In this document: positions 1 through 5,708 of the stretch, piece after piece
How the letters are laid out: every line of letters begins with the position of its first letter
How positions within the stretch are numbered: position 1 is the stretch's first letter
From: a virus
Taxonomy: Duplodnaviria > Caudoviricetes
Reading direction: 5' to 3' (one strand)
DNA length: 62,604 nucleotides
Virus record (IMG/VR): IMGVR_UViG_3300027898_000008
Span: 1-62,604 of that record
Made by a program: the position numbers and the translations under genes
The notes under the pieces: generated by a model
Seen by the model: the letters and a program-made list of their open reading frames with translations, nothing else
Databases searched by the model: none
What the model was told of the DNA's origin: nothing

Positions 1-8
1 AAGCCCAC

Positions 9-86
9 TGGTTGTGCGAGAGAGGATTGAACTCCCGACCTATCCCGTATCAGGGGACCGCTCTAAGACCACTGAGCTACCGCACA
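9..86 (-). tRNA. tRNA-Ile(GAT), CCA encoded
   Basis: Cloverleaf on minus strand; anticodon arm GTCCC-CTGATAC-GGGAT; T loop TTCAATC; ends A-CCA. Confidence 0.93.
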
Positions 87-99
87 TCGTTACTACTCG

Positions 100-175
100 T
101 AGCGGCGGCGGGATTTGAACCCGCGATCCCTTGGTTATGAGCCAAGTGCCGTAGACCAGACTGGGCCACACCGCA
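100..175 (-). tRNA. tRNA with CAT anticodon (Met/fMet-like)
   Basis: Anticodon arm CTTGG-CTCATAA-CCAAG; T arm GCGGG-TTCAAAT-CCCGC; U1:U72 mismatch (initiator-like) but only two G-C pairs at the base of the anticodon loop. Confidence 0.88.
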
Positions 176-281
176 TCGATTTACTTCAACCAGGACTGTT
201 ATTTTCCATTTCAATCCTTTCCGTTCTACCGGCTTCTCCCCGGCAGGCTGTTCGGGCCTTGACGCGGGGGAGAAGCACTAG

Positions 282-355
282 GGTGAAAGACGAGGTTCGA
301 ACTCGCTTCTTCCGGGGTCACATCCCGGCGTTCATCCACATGAACTTCTATCACC
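282..355 (-). tRNA. tRNA-His(GTG)
   Basis: Anticodon arm CCGGG-ATGTGAC-CCCGG; G-1:C73 His identity pair present. Confidence 0.92.
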
Positions 356-359
356 ATGT

Positions 360-420
360 ATCGTCTCTCCGATTGTCACCGATTATTCCTGGTTCGGTTT
401 CCAGATTATTGGAACGGTCC
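360..420 (-). ncRNA. Putative two-hairpin RNA motif, copy 1 (leader of tRNA-His)
   Basis: GG-ACCG...CGGT-GACA-ATCG-GAGAGA-CGAT; same architecture as 819-876 with compensatory stem changes. Confidence 0.5.
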
Positions 421-429
421 CACATCTAC

Positions 430-458
430 ATCGTACTACAGGGCAAACCGCCTGTCAA
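430..458 (-). promoter_or_regulatory. sigma70-type promoter for the His/Met/Ile tRNA block
   Basis: TTGACA-17 nt-TACGAT on minus strand. Confidence 0.75.
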
Positions 459-465
459 GTCTTTT

Positions 466-675
466 TCAGGTCCCGGTAAAGAACGCCGCAACGAAGCCCC
501 ACATAAATGCTGTGTGATACCCCATCCAAGCGTGCCCAAGGGCACCCATGATGATCATAATCCAGAAGCCCCAGAAAAGGGCGCCTAGAGTCAGACCAAT
601 AACCGCGAAGAATAGCAAAATGAAAATAGCTACAATCCCGCCACCAACCAACCCAGCTACTTTGGCAAAAAACAT
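466..675 (-). CDS. Small multi-pass membrane protein (69 aa)
   Basis: ATG at 675 with AGGAGG RBS; hydrophobic MFFAKVAGLVGGGIVAIFILLFFAVIG...; own promoter. Confidence 0.75.
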   Translation of the reverse strand: MFFAKVAGLVGGGIVAIFILLFFAVIGLTLGALFWGFWIMIIMGALGHAWMGYHTAFMWGFVAAFFTGT

Positions 676-703
676 AAAGCCTCCTATCCGTTCAGATAGA
701 AAC

Positions 704-732
704 AACATACCACATTTTAAGCAGCACGTCAA
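704..732 (-). promoter_or_regulatory. sigma70-type promoter
   Basis: TTGACG-17 nt-TATGTT with extended -10 TG. Confidence 0.65.
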
Positions 733-743
733 GTACGTCTTCG

Positions 744-812
744 CAGGGAAGACAGAAATCGAATCCACCTTGGAGGTTTTGGAGACCTCTTGTTCACCTT
801 GAACACTTCCCT
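744..812 (-). tRNA. tRNA-Trp(CCA)
   Basis: Anticodon arm GAGGT-CTCCAAA-ACCTC; acceptor AGGGAAG/CTTCCCT; G73; compact D arm. Confidence 0.88.
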
Positions 813-818
813 ATATAG

Positions 819-876
819 GCCGTCTCTCCGGCATGTCACGTTTTTCGGGTCGATCAACTCCCCCGGTCCAACGTCC
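819..876 (-). ncRNA. Putative two-hairpin RNA motif, copy 2 (leader of tRNA-Trp)
   Basis: GG-ACGTT...AACGT-GACA-T-GCCG-GAGAGA-CGGC. Confidence 0.5.
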
Positions 877-881
877 GGTAG

Positions 882-962
882 TCGAAGAGGAGGGATTTGA
901 ACCCCCACGCCCGAAGGCCACTGGGTTACAGCCAGCTAGGCCACCTACTGCCCAACTCTTCG
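882..962 (-). tRNA. tRNA-Tyr(GTA)
   Basis: Anticodon arm GCTGG-CTGTAAC-CCAGT; long variable arm GCC-TTCG-GGC; A73. Confidence 0.92.
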
Positions 963-973
963 TTGTTACTACG

Positions 974-1046
974 CTCCAGTTAATGGGTTCGAACCATTCT
1001 ATCACGGTTAACAGCCGCGCACATTCGCCAAGATTGTTAAACTGGA
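974..1046 (-). tRNA. tRNA-Asn(GTT)
   Basis: Anticodon arm CGCGG-CTGTTAA-CCGTG; acceptor TCCAGTT/AACTGGA; G73. Confidence 0.88.
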
Positions 1047-1103
1047 ATGACCTTTCCGCACGCACGGGCATGATACGGAATTTCCGTAGTGCGTTTTACT
1101 TCG

Positions 1104-1177
1104 TCCTCCCGTTGGGGTACGATCCCAAAGCCCTGAGCTTAAAAGGCTCCCGCTCTATCCGTTTGAGCTACAAGAGG
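1104..1177 (-). tRNA. tRNA-Lys(TTT)
   Basis: Anticodon loop CTTTTAA; D arm GCTC...GAGC; T loop ATCGTAC. Confidence 0.88.
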
Positions 1178-1178
1178 T

Positions 1179-1252
1179 TGGTTCTCCTACGCGGTGCTGC
1201 CCCGCGCTCCTGACCTTAAGAGGGTCGCACATCACTGCAATGCTTTAGGAGA
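1179..1252 (-). tRNA. tRNA-Lys(CTT), CCA encoded, atypical T loop
   Basis: Anticodon arm GACC-CTCTTAA-GGTC; acceptor TCTCCTA/TAGGAGA; T arm CGCGG-GGCAGCA-CCGCG. Confidence 0.8.
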
Positions 1253-1273
1253 ATGACTTTACTTCTTACTTCG

Positions 1274-1347
1274 TGGTCGGGTGTGCGAGAATCGAACGCG
1301 CGCCCAAAGGTTCCAAACCTAAGATTCTGCCACTATAATAACACCCG
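1274..1347 (-). tRNA. tRNA-Pro(TGG), CCA encoded
   Basis: C1:G72 and A73 (Pro identity); anticodon loop TTTGGAA. Confidence 0.87.
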
Positions 1348-1370
1348 ATGGTACTACATACTTCGAACAT

Positions 1371-1441
1371 GGGGGTGCTCTACCAACTGAGCTACACAAG
1401 ACCGAAGCCAAGTAACGGGACTCGAACCCGCGACCTCCCCC
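1371..1441 (-). ncRNA. Circularly permuted tRNA-like RNA (T arm - capped acceptor stem - D arm; no anticodon loop)
   Basis: GGGGG AGGTC GCGGG-TTCGAGT-CCCGT TACTTGGC-TTCG-GTCTTGTG TA GCTC-AGTTGGTA-GAGC A CCCCC. Confidence 0.85.
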
Positions 1442-1444
1442 TCG

Positions 1445-1518
1445 CGCCAGTAGCGGGTTTCGATCCCAGCTGCCTTTCGATTGACAATCGAATGCTCTCC
1501 CAAGTGAGCTATACCGGC
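1445..1518 (-). tRNA. tRNA-Asp(GTC)
   Basis: Anticodon arm TTCGA-TTGTCAA-TCGAA; G73. Confidence 0.9.
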
Positions 1519-1526
1519 TTGTTTTA

Positions 1527-1670
1527 CTACAACTTCAAGTGTTTCCTTATGGAGTTGTCGCTTACTCCAAGAATTCTTCCTACTTCCATAAAACTATTTG
1601 TCTCTAACAACTTTAGTATCTCCGAATCTTCTGGCCATTCTATTTTTGTCTTACGTCCTTTTTTATCTTT
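1527..1670 (-). pseudogene. Remnant of the C-terminal DNA-binding part of an HNH homing endonuclease
   Basis: RKTKIEWPEDSEILKLLETNSFMEVGRILGVSDNSIRKHL resembles the HTH tail of phage HNH nucleases; the only in-frame start lies inside tRNA-Ser; AT-rich relative to flanks. Confidence 0.55.
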
Positions 1671-1677
1671 GGAAAAG

Positions 1678-1761
1678 CGGAAAGAAGAGGTGTCGATCCC
1701 CCGAGTGTTACCTCGTGTCCTAGTTTTCAAGACTAGTTACCTGGCCGCAGGTATACTTTCC
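1678..1761 (-). tRNA. tRNA-Ser(TGA)
   Basis: Anticodon arm CTAGT-CTTGAAA-ACTAG; long variable arm CGAG-GTAACA-CTCG; G73. Confidence 0.88.
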
Positions 1762-1816
1762 ATTGTTGAAGCGTCCGGGGCTGACTCCCGACAAGATCTG
1801 CATGATTTCCGCATCG

Positions 1817-1888
1817 CACTGTTAGAGAGAATTGAACTCTCCTTACTTGGTTGAGAACCAAGCGTCTTCACCAATAGACGATAACAGC
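1817..1888 (-). tRNA. tRNA-Glu(CTC)
   Basis: Anticodon arm CTTGG-TTCTCAA-CCAAG. Confidence 0.9.
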
Positions 1889-1894
1889 AAGTAA

Positions 1895-1977
1895 AAGTGC
1901 AGACTGATTAGGCCGTAAGTCTCAGCACCTGTCCTGTGTTAATCACTCCACAGGCGATACAGTATCGACATGCACTT
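1895..1977 (-). ncRNA. Putative multi-stem structured RNA between the two tRNA-Glu genes
   Basis: Closing stem AAGTGCA/TGCACTT enclosing CGATA/TATCG, CCTGTG/CACAGG and CTGA/TCAG stems. Confidence 0.45.
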
Positions 1978-1979
1978 CG

Positions 1980-2051
1980 CAGCCCCAGCAGGATTTGAAC
2001 CTGCTCCTTCGACTTGAAAGGCCGAAGTACTAACCCATATACTATGGGGCC
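1980..2051 (-). tRNA. tRNA-Glu(TTC)
   Basis: Anticodon arm TCGGC-CTTTCAA-GTCGA. Confidence 0.9.
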
Positions 2052-2137
2052 ATGTTAGATGTTGGGTTGCCAATCCTATTGCTTCTTCCCCGCGTGGCTA
2101 GCGCAGTATCCCTCGAGGGGAAACAACTTACACCTAG

Positions 2138-2209
2138 AGTCTCAGGCGGGGTACGATCCCGCGACCTCCTACTTGGCAAGCAGGCGTTCTTCCGCTGAAC
2201 TACTAAGAC
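2138..2209 (-). tRNA. tRNA-Gly(GCC)
   Basis: Anticodon arm CCTGC-TTGCCAA-GTAGG; U73. Confidence 0.9.
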
Positions 2210-2220
2210 ATATTACTTCG

Positions 2221-2293
2221 ACCGTCAGACCCGATTTGAACGGGCGCTACCTACTTGGAAGGAAGGTGTGCTTGCCGCTGACACTACTAACGG
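2221..2293 (-). tRNA. tRNA-Gly(TCC)
   Basis: Anticodon loop CTTCCAA; U73. Confidence 0.88.
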
Positions 2294-2305
2294 ATTGTTA
2301 CTGCG

Positions 2306-2377
2306 TGCCATTTGAGAGAATCGAACTCCCGGCTTCTAAGTTACCAACTTAGCGTTCCACCACTGAACTAAAAAGGC
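2306..2377 (-). tRNA. tRNA-Thr(GGT)
   Basis: Anticodon arm CTAAG-TTGGTAA-CTTAG. Confidence 0.9.
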
Positions 2378-2388
2378 ATGTCACTGCG

Positions 2389-2459
2389 TTCCCCCGGACG
2401 GATTCGAACCGCCGCCTCTGAATTACGAATCCAGAGTTCTCCCGCTAAACTACAAGGGA
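2389..2459 (-). tRNA. tRNA-Thr(CGT)
   Basis: Anticodon arm CTGGA-TTCGTAA-TTCAG. Confidence 0.88.
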
Positions 2460-2464
2460 CTGCG

Positions 2465-2537
2465 TGCCGCTAACAGGATTCGAACCCATGACCTGACGAT
2501 TACAAATCGCCTGCTCTACCACCTGAGCTACAACGGC
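2465..2537 (-). tRNA. tRNA-Thr(TGT)
   Basis: Anticodon arm GGCGA-TTTGTAA-TCGTC; canonical D and T arms. Confidence 0.93.
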
Positions 2538-2545
2538 ATATTTAC

Positions 2546-2574
2546 ACTATACTACAACATCTCGAGCTTGTCAA
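2546..2574 (-). promoter_or_regulatory. sigma70-type promoter for the main tRNA array
   Basis: TTGACA-17 nt-TATAGT, just upstream of tRNA-Thr(TGT). Confidence 0.85.
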
Positions 2575-2578
2575 GCAG

Positions 2579-2641
2579 AAATACAAAAAGCCAGTGGCAC
2601 TCTTCCAGTCCCCTCCCGAACTGAAAAACCACCACTGGCTT
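2579..2641 (-). terminator. Long-hairpin intrinsic terminator after tRNA-Met
   Basis: GCCAGTGG...CCACTGGC stem with a paired inner extension, followed by a U-rich tract on the minus strand. Confidence 0.65.
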
Positions 2642-2673
2642 AAAGATTTGCTTCCTATTGGGAAGACTTTTAG

Positions 2674-2745
2674 TGGCGGATACGAGATTTGCACTCGTGA
2701 CCTAAAGCTTATGAAGCTCCCGCGCTACTACTGCGCCAATCCGCT
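2674..2745 (-). tRNA. tRNA with CAT anticodon (Met-like), atypical T loop
   Basis: Anticodon loop TTCATAA; A1:C72 mismatch; T loop TGCAAAT. Confidence 0.83.
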
Positions 2746-2754
2746 ACGAGTGCT

Positions 2755-3078
2755 TTACTTCAGATCTTTACTTCCTACTGCGGGTGTTACAGGTGGTACA
2801 ACTGCGGGGGTCGGAGCGGGCGCCGGGGCCGGATTAGACTTTGGCTGGGGGAGCAAACCGAGCAACCAACCAAGCGACGGGAACTTCGTTTCCAGCCACA
2901 GGATTGCTCCGAAGTAGGCAGGTGTCCCGATGGTTGCGATATATGTAAACGTCGCACCGTGGAATCCACCGATTTTAACGGTGATCCATGCAACAATGGT
3001 TGACACGATAGCCGACACAAACCCTCGAAGGGCTGTTCGGACAACGGTGGTGTTAAGTACGTTTAGTGGAGATGTCAT
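2755..3078 (-). CDS. Membrane protein, holin-like
   Basis: Two hydrophobic helices, WLETKFPSLGWLLG motif reminiscent of actinophage holins, Pro/Ala-rich tail; leaderless start. Confidence 0.55.
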   Translation of the reverse strand: MTSPLNVLNTTVVRTALRGFVSAIVSTIVAWITVKIGGFHGATFTYIATIGTPAYFGAILWLETKFPSLGWLLGLLPQPKSNPAPAPAPTPAVVPPVTPAVGSKDLK

Positions 3079-3084
3079 GCTCTA

Positions 3085-3159
3085 AAGATATCACACCTAA
3101 TTCTTTTTGTCAAGGGTTTAGAAGGAAACCTTGACTTCTTTATTCAAACCTGCTATTCT
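3085..3159. promoter_or_regulatory. Divergent pair of leaderless sigma70-type promoters
   Basis: Minus: TTGACA(3113-3108)-17-TATCTT-6 nt-ATG(3078). Plus: TTGACT(3131)-17-TATTCT-6 nt-ATG(3166). Confidence 0.8.
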
Positions 3160-3165
3160 TAGTGC

Positions 3166-3555
3166 ATGACAAAGAAGATCGTGCGCCGCTATAAGTCGGG
3201 TAAAGCCAGTGTGGTGCTTGCACATATGGATTCTGATTCTCTGACTTACCGCAACATCGGCGTTCCTCAGATTGTTCCCCTATACGCTGACTTCGATGTA
3301 TCCAACCCCGTTGGGCGCGCACATTTGCGCCCCAAAAAAGAAGGTTTAGTGTATGCAATCGTTGACCTTGATTCTATTTACCGAGCCCAGCATGGTAGCA
3401 GTCCTGCCGTCATCCTAGCCGTTACAGGCGCTCAGCGAGTTACAGAAGATGGAATTCAATACCTGCAGAATGGTGTTGTAACTGCTGCTTCCATTGTGAA
3501 TGAGAAAATGTGGAACGACATCTACAAAGATAAGGAGAACGAAGATGTGGTATGA
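3166..3555 (+). CDS. Hypothetical protein (weak resemblance to HK97-type prohead protease fold)
   Basis: Leaderless ORF; VPLYADFDVSNPVGRAHLRPKKEGL. Confidence 0.6.
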   Translation: MTKKIVRRYKSGKASVVLAHMDSDSLTYRNIGVPQIVPLYADFDVSNPVGRAHLRPKKEGLVYAIVDLDSIYRAQHGSSPAVILAVTGAQRVTEDGIQYLQNGVVTAASIVNEKMWNDIYKDKENEDVV

Positions 3556-3766
3556 AATAGTTGCTCTAGCGTACGCTCTTATAGCCCTTCTTTTAGTATG
3601 GAGAAATTCTGTGCTGTGCAATAGAGATCGCGCTGAGCTTTTCAAGACTAAAGGCATTAACACTGATTTTGCTCAGTTCATTCCAATGATCGTCCGTGAT
3701 GCCTTGCTTTTCCCGTTCCTCATCTTGTGGTATGGTTTGTACGCTTGGTTTAAGGCGCTCGAGTAA
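3545..3766 (+). CDS. Small membrane protein
   Basis: ATG 3545 with AAGGAG upstream; two hydrophobic segments; overlaps neighbours. Confidence 0.65.
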   Translation: MWYEIVALAYALIALLLVWRNSVLCNRDRAELFKTKGINTDFAQFIPMIVRDALLFPFLILWYGLYAWFKALE

Positions 3767-4137
3767 TGAGCACAATTCTTGAATGTCCAAAATGCGGGAT
3801 CAACCGAGACTCAGATGATATCATCATTACTTGGGAGCACAATCGCCAACCCGGAGTCAACTACTCTGTTAAGAAAACGGTAAGAGCTACTATCCAAACT
3901 TCGTATTCAGCGATGGATGATGAAGAGACTCTTATTCACACGTGTGGGCTTTGCGAGTACGAATGGTCTGAGCCTGTTCTGGACTATCCTGTCGTAGAGA
4001 AAACGCAGAACGACCTAACGCCTCAGTTCACGTACCCAATAGGAGAAACCAAGATTTTCCCTACCTTTGCTGATCGTGACGACATTGGCATGATGGGTGA
4101 AGCACATTTCGAGTTCATGCGCCATGTCAAAGACTAA
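3766..4137 (+). CDS. Zinc-ribbon hypothetical protein
   Basis: CPKC...CGLC; TAATG coupling. Confidence 0.7.
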   Translation: MSTILECPKCGINRDSDDIIITWEHNRQPGVNYSVKKTVRATIQTSYSAMDDEETLIHTCGLCEYEWSEPVLDYPVVEKTQNDLTPQFTYPIGETKIFPTFADRDDIGMMGEAHFEFMRHVKD

Positions 4138-4204
4138 TCGGGGCTGTTCCATAGAAGAACGTTTTCTTTCTAAGGTTGAAAAGAAAAGAACTGCCGTTTT
4201 ATGA
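4124..4204 (+). pseudogene. N-terminal stub of an HNH endonuclease
   Basis: MSKTNRGCSIEERFLSKVEKKRTAVL*; ERFxSKV opens many phage HNH proteins; still coupled (ATGA) to the next gene. Confidence 0.5.
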
Positions 4205-4554
4205 GCAAGGCCCGCCAAAAAGGAACAGCATTCGAAAACGATGTGCTGGCTTTTCTCCAGACTTGGTTCCCTGACGCAAAACGAACTGAGTTTAGTTCAC
4301 CGCTTGGGGATCTTGCCGGTATGCCTATTGTGCTAGAGTGCAAAAATCAAAAAACCATGACTCTTCCCGCTTGGCTTGATCAGGCACGAAAGTCTGGCGA
4401 GAAAACTGGGTTACCCTTTGCCATCGTTCACAAGCGTGCGCGTGCAAACGTTTCCAAGACTTACGTAACATTTGAGTTAGACCAACTCGCACCACTGCTT
4501 CGTATCATTGCTGATCACCAGGAGCCTAAAGCCTTGACTATTGAAGAATCGTAG
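4201..4554 (+). CDS. Holliday junction resolvase (PD-(D/E)XK, Hjc-like)
   Basis: KGTAFE...GDL...LECKNQK motifs. Confidence 0.85.
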   Translation: MSKARQKGTAFENDVLAFLQTWFPDAKRTEFSSPLGDLAGMPIVLECKNQKTMTLPAWLDQARKSGEKTGLPFAIVHKRARANVSKTYVTFELDQLAPLLRIIADHQEPKALTIEES

Positions 4555-4615
4555 GATAGTCTTAAGTATCGAATGAAGGTCCTCTCACCTTCCCGCAACT
4601 TTCGGGGAGCTACAA

Positions 4616-5230
4616 GTGGCACAGGGACTCAACCAACGAGCACAAGCTCGAGTTAAAAGACTTGCATCTAGTCTCGAGACTTTGAATAAAACGCTTTCAA
4701 AGATTAGAGTCGGTGATCTTGAGGAGCTATGTCGCAGGGACATGATCCCCGTCACTTTGTCTAATTCAGGGTCTTCGGCTGGATTTGCTGTGTCGCGCAG
4801 TGGAGGTAGCCCCTCTTCTTCGTCTCCTACAGAGCGTGCTGTTATTGCTAAGTACAGTAGTCGTGGCGACGGACCCGACTTTGAACGCACTGTCAAGGAC
4901 CCACTAAGGGATGATCTGAAGAAGATCGAGCGTTGGATATTCGACGCAGAGAACCTTATGCGTCAAGCTGAAGAGCTAATTATCTACGTCCGTGATGGAG
5001 TTGAGAAGAAGCGTGGTCGTGAAACTTCTACTCCATGTGAAATCTGCGAGATCTTGCCCGCCGTTAAAACGGCCATGTGCATGACTTGTTATCAAACTTG
5101 GATTGATGCCGGTGCCCCAGATCGTGGTCGCTACCGTGCTTACCATCTCGCGCTGCGTTCATCTGACGGCCATCTTTTGGTCTCTGATCCCCCTCCCGCG
5201 CGCTACTCTACACAAACCCTTGACATTTAA
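4616..5230 (+). CDS. Hypothetical protein with C-terminal Cys4 zinc finger
   Basis: GTG with GGGGAG RBS; CEIC...CMTC. Confidence 0.7.
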   Translation: MAQGLNQRAQARVKRLASSLETLNKTLSKIRVGDLEELCRRDMIPVTLSNSGSSAGFAVSRSGGSPSSSSPTERAVIAKYSSRGDGPDFERTVKDPLRDDLKKIERWIFDAENLMRQAEELIIYVRDGVEKKRGRETSTPCEICEILPAVKTAMCMTCYQTWIDAGAPDRGRYRAYHLALRSSDGHLLVSDPPPARYSTQTLDI

Positions 5231-5248
5231 GGAATGGCTGCTATAGTT
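5220..5248 (+). promoter_or_regulatory. sigma70-type promoter upstream of the packaging/head operon
   Basis: TTGACA-17 nt-TATAGT with extended -10 TG. Confidence 0.75.
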
Positions 5249-5446
5249 ATGACTAAGACTCGCCACAATAATGCATCGAGTAACCCACGATCAAAAGCTC
5301 CCACGGTAGAAGAGTTATCTCTCCTTGGTTTTGAGCAATGGCAGATTGCCATAATCAAACAGTACCCTCCGTCTGCCCAATGGGTAGCACATGATGAATT
5401 CATTCGCCGCATTATGAGCGATGAAGACACCAACGACGGGTTCTAG
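5249..5446 (+). CDS. Hypothetical protein
   Basis: ORF fills the gap; start uncertain because it overlaps the promoter. Confidence 0.45.
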   Translation: MTKTRHNNASSNPRSKAPTVEELSLLGFEQWQIAIIKQYPPSAQWVAHDEFIRRIMSDEDTNDGF

Positions 5447-5453
5447 GAGACAT

Positions 5454-5708
5454 ATGGAAAACGAAGACAAGATCTTTGACGATCTCGTACACAGCGCTGG
5501 CAATATCATGTCACCGTCCGAGATCGCTGCCCGTGAAGAAATGGGTGATGAGGCTTATGAAAAGCTTCAGACTTACATTGAGACGAACCAAGAGCTTGGT
5601 TTACAGCAAGTGGAAGCACGTACCCGCTACATCAATGGGCTGGCGTTCCTCTACGAAAGCATCGGCTACGCAATAGAGCGATTTGCGAATAAGTACCTAG
5701 GTAGTTAA
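5454..5708 (+). CDS. Hypothetical protein
   Basis: AGGAGA RBS; TAATG coupling to terminase. Confidence 0.7.
   Translation: MENEDKIFDDLVHSAGNIMSPSEIAAREEMGDEAYEKLQTYIETNQELGLQQVEARTRYINGLAFLYESIGYAIERFANKYLGS

Noticed and set aside
1-6. AAGCCC may be the 5' end (GGGCTT) of a further minus-strand tRNA
   Set aside because: Truncated by the window edge; cannot be supported
174-203. Tiny RBS-preceded ORF MENNSPG on the minus strand
   Set aside because: Seven codons in a tRNA spacer; may be chance
1905-1935. GGTGCTGAGA resembling a TPP riboswitch
   Set aside because: Remaining TPP consensus is absent and the context is inter-tRNA
180-2140. HDV-like (theta) or hammerhead ribozymes in tRNA spacers
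   Set aside because: Could not build the nested double pseudoknot or find CUGANGA/GAAA cores by eye; not excluded without a covariance-model search
9-2745. Suppressor tRNAs or stop-codon recoding
   Set aside because: No CTA, TTA or TCA anticodons; genes are intact in code 11 and use all three stops
115-2917. Plus-strand ORFs over the tRNA array (115-588, 833-1213, 1348-1854, 2059-2352, 2594-2917) and minus ORF 811-1071
   Set aside because: Shadows of tRNA genes (GFEP/GIEP-type T-arm translations) with no RBS or protein motifs
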